A stretch of DNA of 10,223 nucleotides from an uncultured Phycisphaerales bacterium (GTDB taxonomy: Bacteria; Planctomycetota; Phycisphaerae; Phycisphaerales; SM1A02), in the NCBI GenBank assembly GCA_938084645.1, contig CALKEP010000081.1, forward strand, positions 1 through 10,223. Reading direction: 5' to 3'. The notes beneath the pieces are model-generated. The model was not told where the DNA came from. It ran no database searches and saw only the letters and a list, made by a program, of their open reading frames with translations. Numbering within the stretch: the first letter of the stretch is position 1; the number at the start of each line of letters is the position of its first letter. A program made the position numbers and the translations under genes. This document shows positions 1-6,979 of this stretch, piece after piece.

Positions 1-1
1 G

Positions 2-1087
2 GAGTACCTCGACTTCGATCCCGCGGGTCCGCCGATCACCTCCACCTTCCGGGGAATCGAGGTCCTGGCGGGTCCACGCGGGCTCCAACCACGCGGGGAC
101 CGTTGGTACGAGAACGTCGGTGATCGATTCGAGCGTCGTGACGTCGAGGCGGAACCCCGGTACGGGCTCAATCTCGTCATCCTGGACTTCGACGGCGACG
201 GATTGCAGGACGTCCTCGTGGGCAACGACAGCCAGGGAAACCAGTTCCACCGGAATCTCGGCGACTGGCGGTTCGAGGAGATCGGTGTCCGCACCGGCGC
301 CGCCACCAACGGAGAGGGCGACGCGCAGGCGACCATGGGGATGGCGGTGGCGGACGTCGACGGCGACGCGACGCCGGACGTCTTCTCCACGAACTTCTCG
401 AGCGACACCAACACCCTGCACGTGAACCGCGCGGGTTTCTTCGACGACCGAACCCGACGACTCGGCATCGCGGCCGGTTCGCGACCGCAGCTCGGATGGG
501 CGACGGAATTCGTCGACCTCGACCATGACGGTGACGAGGACGTGCTCGTTCTGAACGGTCACGTGTACCCGCAGGCGTCGATCGAGACCATGGACAGCGC
601 CTACGCCCAGCCGCCGGGGCTCTGGCGACGCGACGGGGAGCGGTTCTCGTACGTCGATCCGGCGGCTTCGGAGTCCGCCGCGATGGTGGAAGCCAACCCA
701 TGGCTGCTCGAACCGCATCGCGATCGGGCCGCGGTCTTCGCGGATCTCGATCTCGACGGGGACGTCGACGTGGTGGTGGTCGAACTCAACGGGCCGCTGC
801 GTCTCCTCGAGAATCTCCACGACCGCCCCGACGACTGGGTGGTCGTCCGACCGGTACCCGCGGCCGGAGCCGAGGTCGTGCTCCGGGACGGGGATCGTGT
901 TCAACGACGTTGGATCCGAGGCGGTGGCCCGTTCCAGTCGACCGCGAGTCCCGAGGCCCACTTCGGCCTCGGTGCCGCGGGCCCGGAAGGCCCGATGACC
1001 GTCGAGGTTCGATGGCCCGATGGCGTGGTCCGCGCCGTCGACGTCCAGCCGGGGGCCCGGGTCACCGTCGAGCGGAACGCGAGTTGA
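2..1087 (+). CDS. CRTAC1-family / ASPIC-UnbV domain protein with FG-GAP-like repeats (5' end outside the window)
   Basis: Frame 2 is open from base 2 (EYLDFDPAGPP...GPRGLQPRGDRWYEN...) to TGA 1085-1087. It has repeated Ca-binding-like motifs LDFDGDGLQD, ADVDGDATPD, VDLDHDGDED and ADLDLDGDVD, plus NGHVYPQ. The C-terminal GGGPFQS..PEAHFGLG...VEVRWPDG is typical of ASPIC/UnbV. Confidence 0.9.
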   Translation, partial: EYLDFDPAGPPITSTFRGIEVLAGPRGLQPRGDRWYENVGDRFERRDVEAEPRYGLNLVILDFDGDGLQDVLVGNDSQGNQFHRNLGDWRFEEIGVRTGAATNGEGDAQATMGMAVADVDGDATPDVFSTNFSSDTNTLHVNRAGFFDDRTRRLGIAAGSRPQLGWATEFVDLDHDGDEDVLVLNGHVYPQASIETMDSAYAQPPGLWRRDGERFSYVDPAASESAAMVEANPWLLEPHRDRAAVFADLDLDGDVDVVVVELNGPLRLLENLHDRPDDWVVVRPVPAAGAEVVLRDGDRVQRRWIRGGGPFQSTASPEAHFGLGAAGPEGPMTVEVRWPDGVVRAVDVQPGARVTVERNAS

Positions 1088-1222
1088 ACGAGGTCGATGA
1101 CGAGGGTCTTCGAGTCGAATGCGGCGAGCGTGTGGTCACGCTCGTCGGGCGCGACGATGTGAAGTCGCACCCGCTCGGGGATCTTCTCGGTTCGCTCCAG
1201 TCGGCGGAAGTCGGGACGGCGA

Positions 1223-2698
1223 TCAGAGCAGCGGCGAGAGCAGGGCGGCGGCGTTCTGCTTGATCCGATGTCGACGTGAGATGGTCGCCCACGACGCGGG
1301 ATCCACCTCGACGGACGACTCGAGATACCGCTGCTGGAGAAAACGCAGCTGACTCGCGAAATCGGTGTCGTACACGAGCAGCCCCGCCTCGAAATTGAGA
1401 AAGAGGCTTCGGCGGTCGAGATTCGCACTGCTCACGAGGGCGACCCTCCGGTCCACCACGGTGGTCTTCGCGTGGAGGAGGCCGCCTTTGAACTCGTGGA
1501 TGCGGACGCCGGCCTCGAGCAGCGGCGAATAGCTGGACCGACTCGCGAGTCCGACCAGCTTCGAGTCGTTTCGGCGGGGGACGATCAGCGTCACCTTCAC
1601 GCCCCGCCCCGCGGCGGTCGCGAGATTGACCACCGTCGCGTTGTCCGGCACGAAGTACGGCGTGGTCATCACCAGCTCGTCGCAGGCCTCGTGGATGAGG
1701 CACTGGATCACCTGGGTCGCCGCCTGGTTCTGGAAGTTGGGTCCCGTGCCGAAGGCCTGTGCGGCGACACCGCCGGGCACCGGGGCGATGGGGGTGAGCA
1801 GCGTTTCGACCAGCATCTCGTTGGTGTCGAGGTACCAGTCCTCGACGAAGAGGAGATGGAGTTCCTTCACGACCGGGCCTTCGATCCGAACGGCGCAATC
1901 GACCCACGGTGCGAATTTCGGCTTCGGCGCGAAACTCGCCTCGGCGAGGTTCTGGCTTCCCGTCCATCCGAGTTCGCGATCGATGACCACGATCTTGCGG
2001 TGGTTCCGGAGGTCGAGCCGCGCGAAGATCGCCCGCAACGCGTTCGCGGGAAGGGCGGCGCGGACCGAGACGCCGCCGGCCTCCATCTCGCGACGAAGGT
2101 CCGACTTCAGGAAGTCCTTGCTGCCGACGCCGTCGACGAGCACCCGACAGGCGACGCCGCGCGCTGCCGCGCGGACCAGCGCGCGGCCGATCCGCGTCCC
2201 CGCTGCATCGTCGAGCCAGATGTAGAACAAAAGGTGGCAGTGTTCGGTCGCGGCATCGATGTCCCGCTCGAGTCCGTCGAGGACGAGCTCGGTCTCGCTG
2301 AAAAGTTCGATCCTGTTCCCGAGGACCGGTCCCGCGCCGTTGACCTGCTCTGCCAGTCGGGCCATGCGGTGGGCGGTGCCCTCCAACGTTCCGGCGGCAT
2401 TGACCTCGGGATCGGCGTTCGCGTGCGTCTCCGGGCGATCGAGCGCCGCCAGCACCTCCCGGTGACGCCTGACGCGTCTCCGACCGAACCGGTTCTCGCC
2501 GATGAGGAGGAAGATGATGGCGCCGAGGAAGGGGATCGCCAGCAGGAGGATGATCCAGCTCAGTCGAGTGGCGGGCTCCACTCGGCGCTGGCTCAGCATC
2601 CACACGATCAACGACAGCCTGAAGGCGAACTCCAGAAGGATGATCGCCTCACCGGTGAGGTTCGCGATGTCCAGGGCGTTGATCAGGTACTCGTACAT
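1223..2698 (-). CDS. cls: Cardiolipin synthase (ClsA type, phospholipase D superfamily), 491 aa
   Basis: N-terminal TM segments with PLDc_N-like WIILLLAIPFLGAIIFLLIGENR. Two HKD motifs: RNHRKIVVID..GSQN and LHAKTTVVD..SSANLD. Also has TTPYFVP. SD-like GAGGT lies 4 nt before ATG 2698. Confidence 0.95.
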   Translation of the reverse strand: MYEYLINALDIANLTGEAIILLEFAFRLSLIVWMLSQRRVEPATRLSWIILLLAIPFLGAIIFLLIGENRFGRRRVRRHREVLAALDRPETHANADPEVNAAGTLEGTAHRMARLAEQVNGAGPVLGNRIELFSETELVLDGLERDIDAATEHCHLLFYIWLDDAAGTRIGRALVRAAARGVACRVLVDGVGSKDFLKSDLRREMEAGGVSVRAALPANALRAIFARLDLRNHRKIVVIDRELGWTGSQNLAEASFAPKPKFAPWVDCAVRIEGPVVKELHLLFVEDWYLDTNEMLVETLLTPIAPVPGGVAAQAFGTGPNFQNQAATQVIQCLIHEACDELVMTTPYFVPDNATVVNLATAAGRGVKVTLIVPRRNDSKLVGLASRSSYSPLLEAGVRIHEFKGGLLHAKTTVVDRRVALVSSANLDRRSLFLNFEAGLLVYDTDFASQLRFLQQRYLESSVEVDPASWATISRRHRIKQNAAALLSPLL

Positions 2699-2722
2699 CC
2701 GTACCTCGTTCAGAAGGAAGGA

Positions 2723-2757
2723 CGTCTGGGAACCGATCGACGGGATCGGCTCAGACG
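2723..2757 (-). terminator. Long hairpin overlapping the greA stop codon, followed by a pyrimidine tract (weak terminator or processing/stability element)
   Basis: Minus-strand RNA CGUCU-GAGCCGAUC-ccguc-GAUCGGUUC-cc-AGACG forms about 14 bp with one G-U pair and a 2-nt bulge. It is followed by UCCUUCCUUCU rather than a pure U tract. Confidence 0.45.
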
Positions 2758-3215
2758 AGCTCGAGGATCTCGAACTGGGTGGGGCCCTTCGGCAGGTCGA
2801 CCCGCACGACCTCGCCCACCCGAGCCTTCATGAGGGCCGATCCCAGGGGGCTCGTGCTGGTGACTTCGATGTAGTCGAGCGTGAAGTCGTTGCTCGCGGA
2901 GCCGACGATCTTGTAGGTGTCCTCGTCGCCGGTTGCCACCTCCTTGAGGCGGACCGTCGCACCCACGAAGACCATGTCCTCGGGAATGTCCATGTCGTCG
3001 GTGACCTGTGCGGTCGCCAGACGTTCCTCGATCTGCTTGATGCGTTCGTTGTTGAGCGCCTGGTCCTCCCGGGCCGCGTGGTACTCCGCGTTCTCCTTCA
3101 GGTCGCCGAGCGCCCTCGCCTCCGCGATTCGCTCGATGATCTCCTTCCCCTTGGAATGCAGATCCCGAAGGTCCGTCTCGAGCTTCTCCTTGTCGGCCTT
3201 CGTGATGAATTCCAT
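2751..3215 (-). CDS. greA: Transcription elongation factor GreA, 154 aa
   Basis: [13 protein letters not shown]...[23 protein letters not shown] carries the GDLxENAEY acidic tip. C-terminal VFVGATV...[12 protein letters not shown] is also typical. GGAG lies 7 nt upstream of ATG 3215, so the track's start at 3290 is probably too long. Confidence 0.97.
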   Translation of the reverse strand: MEFITKADKEKLETDLRDLHSKGKEIIERIAEARALGDLKENAEYHAAREDQALNNERIKQIEERLATAQVTDDMDIPEDMVFVGATVRLKEVATGDEDTYKIVGSASNDFTLDYIEVTSTSPLGSALMKARVGEVVRVDLPKGPTQFEILELV

Positions 3216-3300
3216 CTTCTGGCTCCGGGGGCTGCCATCTCGGACATGTCGGGCATGTCCGCGGCGTCGGGTCGGGCGTGCGGATCGCATCGCGCGGTTG

Positions 3301-3327
3301 AAGAAAGCCTCGCCGGGTGGGCGAGGC
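3301..3327 (-). terminator. Putative intrinsic (Rho-independent) terminator between the membrane protein gene and greA
   Basis: Perfect 8-bp GC-rich stem GCCTCGCC (3307-3314) / GGCGAGGC (3320-3327) with a 5-nt loop. On the minus strand it is followed by UUUCUU (3306-3301), and it lies 20 nt after the stop at 3348. Confidence 0.7.
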
Positions 3328-3347
3328 GGTGGGTCGGGGATCGAGGT

Positions 3348-4025
3348 TCAGGCTACCGAATCGGCGGATTCTTCGCCACCGGTGGCCGTGCCGATCGCCA
3401 CGCACCAGATCGCCGCCGCCACCGCGAACTCGATCGCGACGCGTCGCCAGTCGCCGGGAGCGATTTCCGCGGGCCCGTCGGAGGCGATGGTCCAGACTTC
3501 GAACAGCGGTGACATCTTCGCGAGATCGCCCGAGAGGCCGAGTGTGATCGCGAGTGCGGGCGGAAGCAGCAGCCAGAGCACGATGAGGATCATCGCCCAG
3601 ACCCGAGCCCCGCCGTCGCGAGCGACCGTCGATGCGAGCAGTCCGGCGATCGTCGCGAGCCATGCGACGCCATGAAGATCGAGGAGGAGCGTTCGGTCCG
3701 CGGGCCACGACGTGACGAGGCGAAGCGGCCAGACCACGATCTGCAACAGGGCGACGAGGGTCGCCAGATCCAGCATCGCGGACGCGATGGGACGGCGATT
3801 TCTGGTGGCGCTCAATCGAAACAGCGGCCACGCGACCAGGCCGCCGATCACCATCGACGCCAGCAGCATCCGCGCCGCGGGGGTGTACACCGCGGAGCTC
3901 GGCTGAAGTGGCGGCTGCACGCCGATCGCGATGATCCACGATGCCGCGATCCAACCGCTGGCGGCGAAGACCAGGCCCCGGGGGACGGGCAGGGCCGGTG
4001 AAGGATCATCCGAGGCGATGGACAT
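3348..4025 (-). CDS. Hypothetical polytopic membrane protein (~6 TM), 225 aa
   Basis: ATG at 4025 (MSIASDDPSPALPVPRGLVFAASGWIAASWIIAIG...). It has six hydrophobic stretches and fills the gap between ftsQ and greA. The upstream part of track ORF 3348..4778 overlaps ftsQ out of frame and is Arg-rich noise. Confidence 0.85.
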   Translation of the reverse strand: MSIASDDPSPALPVPRGLVFAASGWIAASWIIAIGVQPPLQPSSAVYTPAARMLLASMVIGGLVAWPLFRLSATRNRRPIASAMLDLATLVALLQIVVWPLRLVTSWPADRTLLLDLHGVAWLATIAGLLASTVARDGGARVWAMILIVLWLLLPPALAITLGLSGDLAKMSPLFEVWTIASDGPAEIAPGDWRRVAIEFAVAAAIWCVAIGTATGGEESADSVA

Positions 4026-4031
4026 GCGTCG

Positions 4032-4037
4032 AGGGTA
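4032..4037 (-). promoter_or_regulatory. Putative -10 hexamer (TACCCT) for leaderless transcription of the membrane protein gene
   Basis: Minus strand reads cgcTACCCTcgacgcATG: TANNNT 6 nt before the ATG, with no SD. Confidence 0.5.
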
Positions 4038-4078
4038 GCGGTTCGGCGACCCCCCGGGTCGTCGGTCGGACCGGGGCT

Positions 4079-5017
4079 TCAGCGGTCCTCGGGGTTCCGG
4101 TAGCGGAAGTCGAGGATGGCGTCGTCGCGATGGATGTCGAAGCTGCGGATGTCGTAGATCGCATCCGTCTTGAGATAGCCGTCGGTGGCGAGCTGCTCGA
4201 CGATCAGGATCTTGTCGCGGTCGGTGTTCTCCGCGAGGGTCCACTGGCCGGGGGGACTTCCCCAGACGATCGTGCTTCGGTCGGTATGCAGTTCGACCTC
4301 GCGGTCCGTCGCGTGACGGCGGGTGTCGATCGAACGGACCAGGTCGTACCAGGGGGCGTCGTGAATCACCCGGTGCAGCGCGAGGGCGGCATCGACGTCG
4401 TCGCCCCAGCGTTCGCCGGGAGCCGGCGGGACGACCTCGCTCACACCCTTGATGCGAAGGAGTTCCGGCAGTCCCGCGGCGCCGATCGGGTAGTCGAGTT
4501 CGAGCCGCCGACCCGCCGAGTCGACGAGAAAGGCCCGTCGTTCCCCATCGGCGAGCGTGCCGTCGACCAGGGCGATGGGGACGACCCATTCGGCGTTCAC
4601 CGCGACGGTGGTGGGATCGATCCATCGAACCTGCGTGACCTGTTCGAACCACCCGGTCCGTTCGAGTCCCTCGAGGGCCCGCCGAAGGCCGGCGTCTCGA
4701 GTGGTCGCGTGATCCTCGCCGATCGCTCGGCGGACCGTGTCGGCGAGTTCCATCCGAAGATCGTCGTCTTCGAACCACGCGGGACCACCCACGAATCGAA
4801 CCTCGATCGGATCGTCGAGCAGGAGGTTTCTCGCTTCGGCCCGATCCTTCAGGGTCGGGATCCCCAGGAGTCCGCCGGCGACCAGCAACCCCGTCAGCAC
4901 GGCCCAGCCGGCGGCCCGGAGGCCGATGACGGTCCGGGGACCGAGCCGGTCGGCAATCGCTTGGAGGCCGGTCGATCCGGAGGTGGACTTCGATCGCTTG
5001 GAACGTCTTGATGGCAT
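4079..5017 (-). CDS. ftsQ: Divergent FtsQ/DivIB-like cell division protein, 312 aa
   Basis: Lies directly after ddl, the dcw position of ftsQ. Basic cytoplasmic N-terminus and a single TM (AAGWAVLTGLLVAGGLLGI). POTRA-end-like LERTGWFEQVTQVRWIDPTTVAVNAEWVVPIALV, then FLVDSAGRRL and a C-terminal (I/L)DxRY-like motif. Confidence 0.7.
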   Translation of the reverse strand: MPSRRSKRSKSTSGSTGLQAIADRLGPRTVIGLRAAGWAVLTGLLVAGGLLGIPTLKDRAEARNLLLDDPIEVRFVGGPAWFEDDDLRMELADTVRRAIGEDHATTRDAGLRRALEGLERTGWFEQVTQVRWIDPTTVAVNAEWVVPIALVDGTLADGERRAFLVDSAGRRLELDYPIGAAGLPELLRIKGVSEVVPPAPGERWGDDVDAALALHRVIHDAPWYDLVRSIDTRRHATDREVELHTDRSTIVWGSPPGQWTLAENTDRDKILIVEQLATDGYLKTDAIYDIRSFDIHRDDAILDFRYRNPEDR

Positions 5018-5063
5018 GCGGGAGGCATCGGCCGAATCGGCGACTCGACCGCAGAATCCGCGC

Positions 5064-6026
5064 TCAGCGACGCGCTCTCGCCGCCGCCGCGTCGACCATT
5101 CGGCGACACAGGCTCGGGAGGTCGATGCCGCGGGCTGCGGCCGCCATCGGGGCGAGGGAGTGGGCGGTCATCCCGGGAATGGTGTTGACCTCCAGCATCC
5201 AGATCCCTGGTTCCACGCCCGTCGCGTCGCCCCCGCCATCCTCGATCAGCCAGTCGACGCGAGCGAGGTCGCGGCATCCGAGTGCATCGAAGATCTCGAC
5301 GGCGTGCGACGCCATGCGGGATTCCACGCCGGGAGGAAGGGGGGGGGAGACGGTGTACCGGGTGTCGTTCCGAAGGTACTTGGCCTCGTAGTCGTAGAAA
5401 CCCTCCGCCGGCTGGATCTCGACCGGCGGAAGCGCCTCGCCGTCGAGCACCGAGACGGTGAGCTCCCGGCCGGGCACGTAGCGTTCCGCCATGAGGGTCG
5501 CGTGCGTCGATCGGAGCTCCGCGATCACGTCCCCCGCCTCGGCGGGATCACGAACGAGCCGCACGCCGACGCTCGAACCCTCGTCCGTCGGCTTGATGAC
5601 GAAGGGTGGGTCCAGGTCGATCGAACCGTCCTCGCCCACCAGGCAGGCGGGCGGCGTCGGAACGCCCGCGGCGCGGGCGATCGACTTGGTCCGCATCTTG
5701 TCCATCGCCGCCTCGGCCGCCGCCGATCCACTTCCCACGAATGGGATGTCGATCTCCTCGAGCATTCGCTGCAGGACTCCACCCTCGCCCCAGGGGCCGT
5801 GGAGCACGGGAAACACGATGTCGGTGCCCGTCGCATCCAGCGACGTCCTCAGGGATCGCACGGAGGGACGGTCGATCACCAGCTCCGAGACGTCGAGCCC
5901 CACGGTCTCCCGCAACGCCTCCGCGACGCGGCCTCCCGAATCGAGGCTCACCGGCCGCTCGGCGTCCGGTCCGCCCATCAACACGGTCACCCGTCGGGAG
6001 GATTCGGGGGTTCGAGAATCGTTCAC
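5064..6026 (-). CDS. ddl: D-alanine--D-alanine ligase, 320 aa
   Basis: Motifs VLMGGPDAERPVSLDSG, FPVLHGPWGEGG, AMDKMRTK, IKPTDEGSSVG, FYDYEAKY and LEVNTIPGMT. GTG start at 6026 overlaps the murB TGA (GTGA). Confidence 0.96.
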   Translation of the reverse strand: MNDSRTPESSRRVTVLMGGPDAERPVSLDSGGRVAEALRETVGLDVSELVIDRPSVRSLRTSLDATGTDIVFPVLHGPWGEGGVLQRMLEEIDIPFVGSGSAAAEAAMDKMRTKSIARAAGVPTPPACLVGEDGSIDLDPPFVIKPTDEGSSVGVRLVRDPAEAGDVIAELRSTHATLMAERYVPGRELTVSVLDGEALPPVEIQPAEGFYDYEAKYLRNDTRYTVSPPLPPGVESRMASHAVEIFDALGCRDLARVDWLIEDGGGDATGVEPGIWMLEVNTIPGMTAHSLAPMAAAARGIDLPSLCRRMVDAAAARARR

Positions 6027-6979
6027 GCGTTCCGGGTCCCCTCGGAGTTCGACCGGTCCCACACCACGACCTCTCGTCGCAGTTCGATCCCGCGAGCGTC
6101 GAGGATCCGGTCCCGAACGAGATCACCGAGTTCGATCGCATCGCGGGCCCGGCCGTTCCGTTCGATCGTGAAGAAGTTCGCATGGCGGGTCGAGACGGCG
6201 GCGGAACCGTGTCGAAGTCCCTTCAAGCCGGCCTCGTCGATGATCTTCCCGGCGGACACCCGCTCGCCGGTCGTCGGATCGATCGGATTTCGATACATGC
6301 ATCCCGCGGACTTCTCGCCGAGCGGCTGGGTCCGCTTCTTGTACGCGGCGATCTCCTTGATCCGCTCCCGCAGGGTGACGGGGTTCTCCTGGCTGACGCG
6401 GAACACGGTCCAGAGAATGATCGGATCGACGATGTTCGTGGATCGATAGTCGAACTGGAGTTCGTCGGCCGTGTACACGCGGGTCTCGCCGCCGGCATCG
6501 AGGCACGCGACCGCATGGACCGCATCGCCGATCTCGCCGTACGCCCCGCCCGCGTTCATTCGAACGGCACCGCCGATCGAGGCGGGTACGCCCATGAGCG
6601 ATTCCAGGCCGGCGATGCCGGCTCGGGCGAAGTCCATCAGCGTCCGGGCGAGATCCGCGCCGGCCCCGACCCGCACCAGCTCGAGTTCCCCGTCGACGTT
6701 GTGCTCGATGCGTCGAAATGCCGGCGCGTCGAGGCGAACCACGATGCCCGACACGCCGTCGTCGTCGACGAGGAGGTTCGCACCCTCGCCCATGATCCGG
6801 ACGGGGGTGTCCACCTGGCGGGATCGTCGGAGCAGTTCGGCGAGGGCTTCGGGCGTGCGCGGCCTGACCAGGAAGTCGGCTCGGCCGCCGGCGCAGAACC
6901 AGCTGTCGACGCCGATCGGTGCGTCCAGCTCGACCTCGACGTCGAGGTCGCCGAAGAGACTTCTTGAGACCCGCGTCAC
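6023..6979 (-). CDS. murB: UDP-N-acetylenolpyruvoylglucosamine reductase, 318 aa
   Basis: Motifs GGRADFLV, GEGANLLVDD, GVPASIGGAVRMNAGG, FDYRST, QPLGEKSAGCMYRNP, AVSTRHANF and LRREV. GTG start at 6979 overlaps the murC TGA (GTGA). Confidence 0.96.
   Translation of the reverse strand: MTRVSRSLFGDLDVEVELDAPIGVDSWFCAGGRADFLVRPRTPEALAELLRRSRQVDTPVRIMGEGANLLVDDDGVSGIVVRLDAPAFRRIEHNVDGELELVRVGAGADLARTLMDFARAGIAGLESLMGVPASIGGAVRMNAGGAYGEIGDAVHAVACLDAGGETRVYTADELQFDYRSTNIVDPIILWTVFRVSQENPVTLRERIKEIAAYKKRTQPLGEKSAGCMYRNPIDPTTGERVSAGKIIDEAGLKGLRHGSAAVSTRHANFFTIERNGRARDAIELGDLVRDRILDARGIELRREVVVWDRSNSEGTRNA

Noticed and set aside
3242..3260. Resemblance of GGACATGTCGGGCATGTCC to a p53 response element
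   Set aside because: The context is bacterial and the half-site spacing is off by one, so this is coincidental.
4044..4064. Dyad CGGCGACCC-CCC-GGGTCGTCG after ftsQ as a terminator
   Set aside because: On the transcribed minus strand it has an A-C mismatch and no U tract, so support is too weak.
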